Shown: positions 27,424 to 36,776 of the stretch, one piece after another
How positions within the stretch are numbered: position 1 is the stretch's first letter
Layout: every line of letters begins with the position of its first letter
Source of the DNA: Minisyncoccota bacterium
GTDB taxonomy: Bacteria > Patescibacteriota > Minisyncoccia > Phycocordibacterales > BOKC01
Length of the DNA stretch: 64,000 bases
Assembly (NCBI GenBank): GCA_030583745.1
Contig: CP129473.1
Span: 616,211-680,210 of the forward strand
Direction of reading: 5' to 3'
Translations under genes and position numbers: made by a program
Notes under the pieces: generated by a model
Seen by the model: the letters and a program-made list of their open reading frames with translations, nothing else
Told to the model about the DNA's origin: nothing
Databases searched by the model: none

Positions 27424-29589
27424 TTACTCAAAATGATACTTTCCTTTCTGGTTTTCCAGAATCTCTCTTAAGTGTTGGTGTTTTAGTTCTTTTAATTCCG
27501 GATCGGACTCAACAATTTCTCGGGCTTCGTTTCTGGCCGCCTCAACCATTTTAATATTTTTGATGGCTTCCATGCCGAGGTCCGTTATGCCCCATTGTTT
27601 TTGGCCATAAAGTTCGCCAGCACCCCTTTGCGCAAGATCCAATTCTGCCAATTCAAAGCCGTTCTTGGCTGTAATCATGGCTTTGAGTCGCTCTATTGAT
27701 TTTCCTGATTTTGAATCGGAGAAAACAAAACAATATGCTTGATGTCGGCTTCGTAAAACTCGGCCACGGAGCTGATGCAGTTGCGCCAAGCCGAATCTTT
27801 CTGCACCTTCTATAATAATTGTGGTGGCGTTTGGCACGTTGACACCGACTTCCACGACGGAAGTCGCGCAAAGAATTTGGATTTCATTTTTGGTAAATTT
27901 ATCCATAACTTTTTCTTTCTCGTCTTTTTTGAGTTTGCTATGAAGAATGCCAATTTCATATTCCGGAAAAATTTCTTTTTTGAGGCGCCTTGCTTCTTCT
28001 GTGACTGATTTAACATTTAGAGCCATTTCTTTTTCCGGATCTGGTTCGTTGATGCGGGGGCAAACAACATAAAGTTGTCGACCCGCCACAAGTTCGTGTC
28101 GGATTTTTTCATAAGTTTCTTTTCTTTTTTGAGGCGTGACAATTTCCGTAATGACCGGTTTTCGGCCACTTGGCATTTGGTCCAAAATAGTTAAATCTAA
28201 ATCGCCGTAAATTGTTAGAGCCAGTGTTCGGGGAATCGGCGTGGCGGTCATTGAAAGCAGATGCGGCAAAATATCGTCTTTTTTTCTAAGCCGGCTTCTT
28301 TGGGCGGTGCCGAAGCGGTGCTGTTCGTCAATTATGACAAAAGCCAGATTTTTAAAGTTCACTTTTTTTTCAATTAAAGAATGAGTGCCGATGAGAATTG
28401 GAATTTCCCCTTGAGCGACCCATTTTAGAAGCTGCGATTTAGAAATTGTTGTTGCTTCATTTGGGTTAATTTTTGACGGAAATTTTTTACAACCTGATCC
28501 GGTGATTAATCCGACTTTTATGTTAAGGCCGGCAAAGGTTTCAACAAAAGTTTTAAAATGCTGATTGGCGAGAATTTCTGTCGGCGCCATATAAGCCACC
28601 TGCAGTCCGCCGAATTTATTATCCGGTGGAGGAGTGGAAATAGTCGCGTAAGAAGTAATGGCGGCGACTGCCGTTTTTCCGCTTCCGACATCTCCCTCTA
28701 AAAGACGCGACATCGGAAATTCTCTTTTAAAATCTTTTAAGATTTCTGAAACCGCTCTATCTTGCGCATCAGTCAATCTGAACGGCAGTTTCTTCAAAAA
28801 TCCCTCCAAATCTTTTTTTGTTTTTTCAATTCTGAATGATTTTTTTTCTTGGCTCGCTTTTCTTTCTTTTTGTTTTTCAAGCTGAATGAAAAATATTTCT
28901 TGAAAAGCGAACCTTTTTCTGGCGGCTAAATAATCGCCTTCTTTTTTTGGTATATGAATCCAGACGAAAGAAGATTTTAATGTCGGTAAATTGTATTTCT
29001 TCAAAATTTCTGACGGAATCGGATCTTTCTGTTCTTCTAAAATTCCACTACGCAAGATTTTTTGGACAGCGAAATAAAACCAGCGCGAGCTTAATCCGGT
29101 CGTTTCTTTATAAATTGGCTCAAAAGGATTTTTGTCTTGATTTTCGGAATCTTGATTTAAGATTGGTAGTGGAATTTCTGTTATTTTATCAATTGTCGGA
29201 TTAACAAAACAAAGCGTGTTTTTTCTTTCAGATACTTTTCCGGAAATTTTAACCAACGGATTACCGGCAAACATTTTTGCCAGATAGGGCTGATTAAGCC
29301 AGAGAATTTTAATTTTACCGGTCGGATCAACCAGCGTTCCTCGAGAAAACGGCCTTTTGCCACTCCATGTTTTTCCGGTTTCCAGATTCGAAAGCCGTCC
29401 GTAGACAGACACCTCGTCTTCTTTTTGGAGACCGTTTATTGGCTTTTGAGTAAGCGTTTTTTCGTAGCGGATTGGAAAAAAATTCAAAATGTCACCATAG
29501 GTGTTAAGACCAAATTTTTTTAAGCCAGATTTTTGTTTGGGGTTTAGACGAAAATTTTCTTCAAGTGGTTTTTGGAGTATGTCTGTCAT
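27424..29589 (-). CDS. recG: ATP-dependent DNA helicase RecG
   Basis: N-terminal wedge/OB domain and SF2 helicase motifs (GDVGSGKT, DEQHRFG, ATPIPRT). Confidence 0.9.
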   Translation of the reverse strand: MTDILQKPLEENFRLNPKQKSGLKKFGLNTYGDILNFFPIRYEKTLTQKPINGLQKEDEVSVYGRLSNLETGKTWSGKRPFSRGTLVDPTGKIKILWLNQPYLAKMFAGNPLVKISGKVSERKNTLCFVNPTIDKITEIPLPILNQDSENQDKNPFEPIYKETTGLSSRWFYFAVQKILRSGILEEQKDPIPSEILKKYNLPTLKSSFVWIHIPKKEGDYLAARKRFAFQEIFFIQLEKQKERKASQEKKSFRIEKTKKDLEGFLKKLPFRLTDAQDRAVSEILKDFKREFPMSRLLEGDVGSGKTAVAAITSYATISTPPPDNKFGGLQVAYMAPTEILANQHFKTFVETFAGLNIKVGLITGSGCKKFPSKINPNEATTISKSQLLKWVAQGEIPILIGTHSLIEKKVNFKNLAFVIIDEQHRFGTAQRSRLRKKDDILPHLLSMTATPIPRTLALTIYGDLDLTILDQMPSGRKPVITEIVTPQKRKETYEKIRHELVAGRQLYVVCPRINEPDPEKEMALNVKSVTEEARRLKKEIFPEYEIGILHSKLKKDEKEKVMDKFTKNEIQILCATSVVEVGVNVPNATTIIIEGAERFGLAQLHQLRGRVLRSRHQAYCFVFSDSKSGKSIERLKAMITAKNGFELAELDLAQRGAGELYGQKQWGITDLGMEAIKNIKMVEAARNEAREIVESDPELKELKHQHLREILENQKGKYHFE

Positions 29590-29861
29590 TCTTCATATTC
29601 TATGCTCTCTTCTTGGAAAAGAAAATCATCAATTTCTTCCAGTCCTTTGGTTTTTCCTAAATTCTGAACTTCCGGACATTCTGGCAAGTCGCAGGCCGGC
29701 GGAATTCTTTTCACAACTGAACCATCAGGGCAGGTTAACGTTTCTATCGGGCAGGTCTCGGACTCAAAATTGATTTTGCTTTTGTTTAGAATATGAAAAA
29801 TTCCGCCGGTTATAAAAATAGCAATAATTAAGATAAAAGATATGTTTTCTTTATTCAGCAT
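29586..29861 (-). CDS. Hypothetical small secreted or membrane Cys-rich protein
   Basis: N-terminal TM, then ETCPIETLTCPDGS...PACDLPECP. Confidence 0.4.
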   Translation of the reverse strand: MLNKENISFILIIAIFITGGIFHILNKSKINFESETCPIETLTCPDGSVVKRIPPACDLPECPEVQNLGKTKGLEEIDDFLFQEESIEYEE

Positions 29862-29865
29862 ATAC

Positions 29866-30204
29866 TTACGGCAGTATCCGGGCTAATCTACCAACAATTG
29901 GCAGTGCCCGTTTTTTGCCGAGTAAGACATTCACGGCACCGAAGCACCAAAGTATAAAAATTGAAGAGAAAATTAAAAATCTTAAGAAAAGCCAGTCTGT
30001 TAATCCGGCTAAAAAATACGCCACGACTGACAATATAAATAAAACAAATGCTTGTTTTAGATGATACCAGACAAATTTACTTTTTCTGTGTTTAGATAAA
30101 AGTGGCAAGAAAAAAAATAAATAAGCAACAAATGCCCAGAAGACTTCAACCTCGCTTGGTTCGTCTTGGCTTTCAATTGTCTTTTGGTTAGGATTTTCCG
30201 ACAT
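29866..30204 (-). CDS. Hypothetical membrane protein
   Basis: Two or three TM segments and an acidic N-terminus. Confidence 0.5.
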   Translation of the reverse strand: MSENPNQKTIESQDEPSEVEVFWAFVAYLFFFLPLLSKHRKSKFVWYHLKQAFVLFILSVVAYFLAGLTDWLFLRFLIFSSIFILWCFGAVNVLLGKKRALPIVGRLARILP

Positions 30205-30280
30205 CTCCTAATTCTAACCCCACTTGGTATTTTTGAATAGTTTTTATGAAGACAAAAAATGCCGTGGTGGGTAAAGATTT

Positions 30281-30607
30281 CTACTTAACCAAACTTCCTT
30301 CCGAAACGGATTGGTCAACCGAAAGCAGAGAAAAGGTGTTGGCTTCGCCGGCGGCCAAAATCATGCCCTGACTTTGGAGCCCCATAAGACTTCTTGGTTC
30401 TAAGTTATAGACGAAAGCGTATTTATTGCCAATCAAAACTGAAACATCTTCAAAATAAAGACCAATGCCGGCGATAATCTGTTTCTCACCTTCATGTCCA
30501 AAAGAGACTATGAGTTTTACAAGTTTTAGGGAACCATCAACTCTCTCGGCGCTTAAAATTTTGCCAACTCGAATCTCAATCTTTTTTAAATCTTCTATTG
30601 TAGCCAT
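30281..30607 (-). CDS. tRNA-binding protein (CsaA/Trbp111 family, EMAP-like OB fold)
   Basis: MATIEDLKKIEIRVGKILSAERVDGS..LKLVKL..G. The longer ORF to 30904 would extend across a tandem repeat and overlap tRNA-Ser, so the start is placed at the internal ATG. Confidence 0.75.
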   Translation of the reverse strand: MATIEDLKKIEIRVGKILSAERVDGSLKLVKLIVSFGHEGEKQIIAGIGLYFEDVSVLIGNKYAFVYNLEPRSLMGLQSQGMILAAGEANTFSLLSVDQSVSEGSLVK

Positions 30608-30626
30608 GTTTTTATGATTTGCGAAC

Positions 30627-30878
30627 GTCGCCTTCGCAAACCCACTGGCGGACTTCGTCACGCCGTAGGTTCGCTTCGGCGAATCGAATGTTGCCTTCGC
30701 AAACCCACTGGCGGACTTCGTCACGCCGTAGGTTCGCTTCGGCGAACCGAATGTTGCCTTCGCAAACCCACTGGCGGACTTCGTCACGCCGTAGGTTCGC
30801 TTCGGCGAACCGAATGTTGCCTTCGCAAACCCACTGGCGGACTTCGTCACGCCGTAGGTTCGCTTCGGCGAACCGAAG
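30627..30878. repeat. 63-bp tandem repeat x4 that directly abuts the tRNA-Ser 3' end
   Basis: Unit 'gttgccttcgcaaacccactggcggacttcgtcacgccgtaggttcgcttcggcgaaccgaat'. It is GC-rich and open in three frames; in the longer ORF it would encode a 4x 21-aa repeat FGSPKRTYGVTKSASGFAKAT. Confidence 0.85.
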
Positions 30879-30879
30879 G

Positions 30880-30965
30880 CGGAGGAGGTGGGATTTGAAC
30901 CCACGAGGGGATTTCTCCCCTACGGATTAGCAATCCGCTCCGTTAGACCACTCCGGCACTCCTCC
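30880..30965 (-). tRNA. tRNA-Ser(GCU)
   Basis: Acceptor ggaggag/ctcctcc, 3-bp D-stem, anticodon loop tTGCTAa, long variable arm aggggagaaatcccct, and T-arm gtggg-ttcaaat-cccac. Confidence 0.9.
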
Positions 30966-31011
30966 AGACCACCTTACTTTAAGCTTTTAATCTAAAACTT
31001 TCAACTTTTTG

Positions 31012-31662
31012 TTAGTGTGCTACCACCACTGCTTTTATCTTTTTAGCCCCAGCTTTTCTCAAAACTTTTTTAATCTCATTCAATGTGGCGCCTGTGGTTA
31101 TGACATCATCAACAATAATCAGATTCCGTCCTTTGATTTTCTCCACACTAGAAACCTTGAAACAACCATTTAAATTTTTACTTCTTTCGGTCTTGCTTTT
31201 CAAAGAGCTCTGGTCTTTTGTTTCTCTGGATTTTGTTAAAACTTTAAGTTCCGCTTCAAAATTTTCTCCTTTATCTGTTTTCAAAATTTCTTTAACTAGA
31301 ATTTCTGTTTGATTGTACCCGCGTTTTGCCAACTTTTTCTTTGATAGGGGAACGGGCAACAATATCGGTTTTTGAAAATTTTCAAAAATCGCCCAATCAT
31401 TCATTTGACCAATAAGTTCTTCACGCATGGCTTTTGCCAAGACTTCCGCTGCTTTAAAATTATTTTTGTATTTTAGTTCCCAGATTAGTTTTTTTGCCAA
31501 AGTATCACCATAGTCAAAAATAACGATTGTGTTGTCGTCGTGCCAATCGAGGGGTTTTTTAATTTCTCTAATTCTGTCTTCTGTAACTGATTCTGGTAAT
31601 TGTGAGCTTGGAAAAACCAGTCCCAACAAAGTCTCTTTTATATTTTTTATAAAAATATCCAC
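31012..31662 (-). CDS. ComF-family phosphoribosyltransferase-domain protein (ComFC-like, without the zinc finger)
   Basis: PRTase motif LIIVDDVITTGATL; divergent from the pilM operon. Confidence 0.7.
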   Translation of the reverse strand: MDIFIKNIKETLLGLVFPSSQLPESVTEDRIREIKKPLDWHDDNTIVIFDYGDTLAKKLIWELKYKNNFKAAEVLAKAMREELIGQMNDWAIFENFQKPILLPVPLSKKKLAKRGYNQTEILVKEILKTDKGENFEAELKVLTKSRETKDQSSLKSKTERSKNLNGCFKVSSVEKIKGRNLIIVDDVITTGATLNEIKKVLRKAGAKKIKAVVVAH

Positions 31663-31721
31663 TTTCTTTGCTTTTTTGTATGATATTATGTAATGAATTA
31701 ATTATCGCATTTTTGTAAAAA

Positions 31722-32870
31722 ATGTTTACTGGTTTATTCAAGAAAAAAGGAAGTAATACGGTTGTCGGCATTGATATTGGTAGCTCGGCCATAAAAGTTG
31801 TCCAGCTTTCGGAGAAAAGAGGTAAGGCGGTTTTGGACACTTATGGCGCTTTAGCGCTCGGACCTTATGCGGGTGTTGAAATAGGACAGGCCACGAATTT
31901 GCCAGCCGATAAAATAATTTCCGCTCTAACGGAAATATTAAAAGAGTCAAAAGTTTCGACAAACGCCTCATCGATCGCCATTCCCTTCAACTCAACTCTT
32001 ATGACGGTTATAGAATTGCCATCTGCAAGTGAAAGACATCTAAAAAATATTATCCCGATTGAAGCCAAGAAGTATGTGCCCGTGCCAATAAGTGAAGTGT
32101 CTTTGGATTGGTCAATTTTACCGAAAGATCAGGTTGAGTCGGAAAGTCAGACGACAAGAAATGAATCAGAAAAAGAAAACAAAGAAGGTGGTGCTGGCAA
32201 CGACAAGACAGAAGAAAAGGCGGTTGGTGAAAAAATTAAAGTTTTAATAGTTGCTATTCATAATGATGTTTTTGGTAAATTCAAACAGATTATTGCTGGT
32301 GCCGGTTTGGAATCCGATATTTTTGAAGTTGAAATTTTTAGCACGCTACGAGCGGTTTTGGAGCCAACCGCAGAGCCAATTATGATTATGGATGTCGGTG
32401 CCGCTTCAACAAAGCTCTATGTTGTGGAGAGGGGTAATATTGAAAATTCACATACCATCAACCGTGGTTCGCAGGATATAACTTCTACTATTTCGCGCTC
32501 TTTACGTATTCCGATAAAAGAAGCCGAAATTGTGAAGCGGACCAAAGGTCTTGCTTTTCGCGAGGACAAAGAACTTGGCGGGGCGATTTTTTTAACTCTT
32601 GACCACATTTTTGCCGAGACCGCTAAAGTGATTAGGAATTACAATGCTAAAAACAATCAGGCCTTGAATAAGATTATTTTGGTCGGCGGTGGCTCTAGTA
32701 TGAAAGGTTTTGCCGAAGCGGCGAGCGCCAATTTGCAGGTTGAAGTTTTGTCGAGCGACCCCTTTTCTAAAGTCGAAGCGCCGGTTTTTGTTTCCGATGT
32801 ATTGAAAAATACCGGTCCGGAATTTGCCACAGCAGTTGGTGTTGCCTTGAGATATTTGTCAGAACAATAA
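31722..32870 (+). CDS. pilM: Type IV pilus assembly protein PilM (actin-like ATPase)
   Basis: VVGIDIGSSAIKVVQL start and an ASKHA fold. Confidence 0.85.
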   Translation: MFTGLFKKKGSNTVVGIDIGSSAIKVVQLSEKRGKAVLDTYGALALGPYAGVEIGQATNLPADKIISALTEILKESKVSTNASSIAIPFNSTLMTVIELPSASERHLKNIIPIEAKKYVPVPISEVSLDWSILPKDQVESESQTTRNESEKENKEGGAGNDKTEEKAVGEKIKVLIVAIHNDVFGKFKQIIAGAGLESDIFEVEIFSTLRAVLEPTAEPIMIMDVGAASTKLYVVERGNIENSHTINRGSQDITSTISRSLRIPIKEAEIVKRTKGLAFREDKELGGAIFLTLDHIFAETAKVIRNYNAKNNQALNKIILVGGGSSMKGFAEAASANLQVEVLSSDPFSKVEAPVFVSDVLKNTGPEFATAVGVALRYLSEQ

Positions 32871-32987
32871 TAGTGGAATACTCGCTTTGCCAGTTGTTCT
32901 TTATGTTCTATAATTAATAAATCCAAGGACAAAAACACAACAACCTTTTCTGAAGTTTTTGTTTTTGGTCGCACCACAAACCCAAAA

Positions 32988-33650
32988 GTGGAACAAAAAT
33001 CATCTTCATCTTTTATTCCTAAAAGCGTCGGTCCGAAAACTTTGAGGGCCAGGAAGCCTTTCAGCTTGTTTATTTGGCTGGTTTCTTTCTTGTTTATCGC
33101 CTCAGTATCTTCGTCGGTTATTATGTTCTTTTATGAAAGATTTTTGTTAAGCCAGCACGAAGCTAAAAAAGAGGCGATCCAAAACGAAATTCGAGCTTTT
33201 GAACCGGAACTGACTAGAGAATTGACCGCGGTCAAAAACCGTGTGGATTCTGGACAAAAACTTCTTCAAAGCCACATTTCAGCATCATCTTTCTTCTTGC
33301 TTCTTGAGAGTCTGACAGTGCGGAATGTCTTTTTTAGCGAACTTTCTTTGAACACTTCTTCTGACAGTTGGCCAACGATTCAAGCAAAAGGTGAAGCGCC
33401 AAGCTATGCTGTTCTGGCTTTTCAGTCAAATTCTTTGAAAGGGTCAGACGTTATTCGGAATGTGAAATTTGGTGATGTTAATTTAAATGAAAAGGGCACA
33501 GTAGGTTTTTCTCTAGAAATGGAGGTTGATCCGCGCTTAGTTCTTTACTCCGCTTTATTTCCTCGGCTTGAAGATTCTTCTTCCGAAACACAATCAGAGG
33601 TTGAATCTGAAGAACTTATACCAGAAACAGAATCAGAGCCAGCAGAATAA
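32988..33650 (+). CDS. pilN: PilN-like inner-membrane pilus assembly protein
   Basis: Single N-terminal TM followed by a coiled region; positioned after pilM. Confidence 0.55.
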   Translation: MEQKSSSSFIPKSVGPKTLRARKPFSLFIWLVSFLFIASVSSSVIMFFYERFLLSQHEAKKEAIQNEIRAFEPELTRELTAVKNRVDSGQKLLQSHISASSFFLLLESLTVRNVFFSELSLNTSSDSWPTIQAKGEAPSYAVLAFQSNSLKGSDVIRNVKFGDVNLNEKGTVGFSLEMEVDPRLVLYSALFPRLEDSSSETQSEVESEELIPETESEPAE

Positions 33651-33664
33651 TAATTTTATAAATT

Positions 33665-34219
33665 ATGCGAAATTTTTTTCCAATAATAATAATAGTTGCC
33701 ACCGCCGGCTTGGTTTATATGTACGTCTGGCCGCAGTTTAACAATGTCCAGGAGCTTTGGGCGGACGGCAGAAATTATGATGATGTATTAGCCAAGTCTG
33801 CCGAATTGAGGCAGGTTAGAGAAGGGTTAAGGGAGGTTTTGAGAGATTTACCGACACCTGAGCTGGAAAAACTTTCCAAAATGATTCCAAGTGGCAGTGA
33901 CAACGTTCAATTGATTTTGGATATTGATAATCTTGCCAGACGCCGTGGGATCTTGATGGAAAACATAAAAACCTCGTTCTCCGAAGACGAAACAGTAAAT
34001 TCTCGTAGTAGTAAAGCCACGCAGTCTTCGGGTGTTTACAATACAATGGTTGTAAATTTTCAGTTCAGCGCTTCGTATGAGAACTTGATTCTTTTTCTTA
34101 GAGACATAGAAGACAGCTTGCGAATAATGGATGTCTTGTCAATAAAGATCAAGGGCGATGAAGAGCGACCGAAAATTCAAAATTACGAACTATCAATAAG
34201 AACTTATTGGTTGAAATAA
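33665..34219 (+). CDS. pilO: PilO-like pilus assembly protein
   Basis: N-terminal TM, coiled-coil, and position in the operon. Confidence 0.55.
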   Translation: MRNFFPIIIIVATAGLVYMYVWPQFNNVQELWADGRNYDDVLAKSAELRQVREGLREVLRDLPTPELEKLSKMIPSGSDNVQLILDIDNLARRRGILMENIKTSFSEDETVNSRSSKATQSSGVYNTMVVNFQFSASYENLILFLRDIEDSLRIMDVLSIKIKGDEERPKIQNYELSIRTYWLK

Positions 34220-34225
34220 AATAAA

Positions 34226-34540
34226 ATGGATTTAGCAAAAAAATTAAGAGAAAATAAAAATACGATTATTCTGGTGGTTATTATCGGCGGGATTTTTTTG
34301 GGGTTTTGGTCTCTGAATAGGGGTAAAGAACCGTTATTGTCGGTTACAGTCCGAACCCCAAATCAAGAAATCATCGGCCGAGAACTTGTAGTTGAGCTTG
34401 AAAGGTTGAGAACCCTAAGTCGGATAAACACTTCGCTTTTCAATGACCCAGTTTTTAGAAGGTTGCAAGACACCGAAGTACGTCCAGCAGTTCAGTCAAT
34501 AGGCAGGAGAAATCCTTTTGTGCCGCAAGCTTTAGAATAA
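34226..34540 (+). CDS. Hypothetical single-TM protein, possibly PilP-like
   Basis: Position in the pilMNO(P) operon. Confidence 0.4.
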   Translation: MDLAKKLRENKNTIILVVIIGGIFLGFWSLNRGKEPLLSVTVRTPNQEIIGRELVVELERLRTLSRINTSLFNDPVFRRLQDTEVRPAVQSIGRRNPFVPQALE

Positions 34541-34603
34541 TTGCCGACGTGTGAATTTTAAAATATCTGTCTATTCCAGAATTTTCTTGTCGGCAATTAT
34601 TCT

Positions 34604-36202
34604 ATGGCAAACGGTTTCAATATTCAAAAGATAAAAATTGGCAACCAAAAAATTCCGAGCGAAATTCTAAGCATTGTTCCGGAAGAATCAGCCAAGCACT
34701 ATAAATTTGCCCCACTTGGTATAAGGGACAGTGTTTTGGAATTAGGCATAGTTGATCCAGATAATATTGAGGCAAGAGATGCTCTAAATTTCATTTCGGC
34801 CAAAACCAGGTTGCCTTACAAACTTTTTTTGATTTCGGAAGAAGATTTTGAAAAGGTTTTGTCTATGTATCGCGGATTGTCAGAAGAGGTGACAAAAGCC
34901 CTTTCCCAACTTGAGGGTAACTCTGAAGCCGTCACCGGCGTGTCTTTCAGTCAGGAGGAAGAAGATTCAATAAAAGAAAAAAAACTCAAAGACACAAGTG
35001 AGAAGCAAGAGACAAAAATAGTTGAAACGGCTCCAATCACAAAAATCGTTGCCACAATTTTGCGTTATGCCGCTGAAGGTAATGCTTCTGATGTCCACAT
35101 TGAAAAAATGACGGAGAATATAAGGGTTCGTTTTCGGGTGGACGGTGTTTTAAATACAAGTCTAGTTTTACCTGCCAAGGTTCATTCTGCGATTGTCGCA
35201 AGAATAAAACTTTTATCAAACATGAAGTTGGATGAAAAGCGTAAGCCACAAGACGGAAGGTTTAGCGCTAAAATCGATGGTCGGAAGATTGATTTTCGTG
35301 TTTCAACCTTTCCAACTTATCATGGCGAGAAGGTGGTGATGAGAATTTTGGATTCCGGAAAAGGTATGAAGAAGCTCGAAGAGCTTGGATTTTCGGAAGA
35401 CAGCTTGGTGATGGTTAGAAAAGCCATAAAAAAACCTTACGGCTTGATTTTGATTTCTGGTCCGACCGGTAGCGGAAAGACAACTACTCTATATTCAATC
35501 CTCAATGAATTTGATAGGGAAAAAAACAACGTGCTTTCTTTGGAGGATCCGATTGAATACAACATTGAGGGCGTTAACCAGTCGCAAGTCCGCTCAGATA
35601 TTGGCTATACTTTCGCTAACGGTTTGAGAACTACTTTGCGCCAAGATCCAGACATTATAATGGTCGGTGAAATCAGAGATGCGGAAACTGCCGGTCTTGC
35701 GATTCAGGCCGCTTTGACTGGACATTTAGTTCTGGCAACAATCCACACCAATAATGCTGCGGGTGTCATTCCGCGTCTTATAGACATGAAGGTTGACCCG
35801 TATCTCATTGCCCCTACTTTGATTTTGGCAATGGCGCAAAGACTTGTAAGCTTGCTGTGTCCGGGGGCCGGCACGCCGACTCCGATTGAAGGTTCAATCA
35901 AAATGATGATAGACAAGCAGTTTAGTGATCTACCCGAAGAATTTCGCAAGAAACTGCCGATTGGGAATGAGGTTTACCGCTTGTCGCCCGGGCCCGAATG
36001 CCCGTCTGGTACTAGGGGCAGGATAGTCGTTTCCGAAATGTTTGAGATGGATAAAGATGTTGAGAGCGCGATTCTGAAGGGCTCGTCTGAACTTGAAATA
36101 GACAAAATCTTGAGAAATAAAGGCATGCTTAAAATGAAAGAAGATGCGATTTTGAAGTCATTTAAACGACTCATACCTTTTGAAGAGATATTGGGTTTGT
36201 AG
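34604..36202 (+). CDS. pilB: Type IV pilus assembly ATPase PilB (GspE family)
   Basis: Walker A LISGPTGSGKTTTL, Asp and His boxes, and a tetracysteine CPGAG...CPSG. Confidence 0.92.
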   Translation: MANGFNIQKIKIGNQKIPSEILSIVPEESAKHYKFAPLGIRDSVLELGIVDPDNIEARDALNFISAKTRLPYKLFLISEEDFEKVLSMYRGLSEEVTKALSQLEGNSEAVTGVSFSQEEEDSIKEKKLKDTSEKQETKIVETAPITKIVATILRYAAEGNASDVHIEKMTENIRVRFRVDGVLNTSLVLPAKVHSAIVARIKLLSNMKLDEKRKPQDGRFSAKIDGRKIDFRVSTFPTYHGEKVVMRILDSGKGMKKLEELGFSEDSLVMVRKAIKKPYGLILISGPTGSGKTTTLYSILNEFDREKNNVLSLEDPIEYNIEGVNQSQVRSDIGYTFANGLRTTLRQDPDIIMVGEIRDAETAGLAIQAALTGHLVLATIHTNNAAGVIPRLIDMKVDPYLIAPTLILAMAQRLVSLLCPGAGTPTPIEGSIKMMIDKQFSDLPEEFRKKLPIGNEVYRLSPGPECPSGTRGRIVVSEMFEMDKDVESAILKGSSELEIDKILRNKGMLKMKEDAILKSFKRLIPFEEILGL

Positions 36203-36253
36203 TCTAAAAGCTGTAGATTTGAAATTTATATTCTGAAACTGTATATTACTACT

Positions 36254-36649
36254 ATGCCTGATAAAAAAAATTATAAAATTTTATTGTTAGACGATGACCG
36301 ACTACTTCTGAATATGTACGAGAAGAAGTTTAGCGCTTATGGTCATGAAGTCTTAGCAACACTAAGCAGTGCCGAAGCTCTTTCAAAACTTCGCGAAGGA
36401 TATAACCCCGACATTTTAATACTTGATGTTGTTATGCCTCATCCGGACGGAGTCGAGGTCTTAAAGATTATTAGGGAAGAAAAACTTGCTGACTCTGCCA
36501 CCGTGGTAATGCTTACCAATCAAGGTGCATCTCAAGACATCGAAAAGGCAAAGCAGTATGGTATAGATGGCTACATTATCAAAGCCGCTCTTATCCCCTC
36601 CGAAGTTGCCATTGAAGTTTTAAAAATCGCCGAAAGCAAGAAAAGATAA
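36254..36649 (+). CDS. CheY-like response regulator receiver (PilH/PilG-like)
   Basis: DD..D..K receiver residues (LLLDDDRLL, ILDVVMP). Confidence 0.85.
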   Translation: MPDKKNYKILLLDDDRLLLNMYEKKFSAYGHEVLATLSSAEALSKLREGYNPDILILDVVMPHPDGVEVLKIIREEKLADSATVVMLTNQGASQDIEKAKQYGIDGYIIKAALIPSEVAIEVLKIAESKKR

Positions 36650-36776
36650 TTTTTTTCTATTTCTTCATTTCCCCAGTCTTTATCTGGCGTATATTTAAAT
36701 CACGGGTTAAAATAGATTTAGGAAACTAGACAAAATTATTTTTAAATTTTGTCCGGATTCAAATTTCCTAGATAAA

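Noticed and set aside
30627-30878. Possible CRISPR array, given the regularly spaced 63-bp units
   Set aside because: The units are contiguous, with no spacers, and nearly identical, so this is a simple tandem repeat. No cas genes are nearby.
30608-30904. N-terminal 99 codons of ORF 30281-30904 as part of the CsaA-like protein
   Set aside because: The segment overlaps tRNA-Ser by 25 nt and consists only of the 63-bp tandem repeat. The conserved domain starts at an internal Met with its own upstream spacing. It is kept as a repeat, with the coding possibility flagged.
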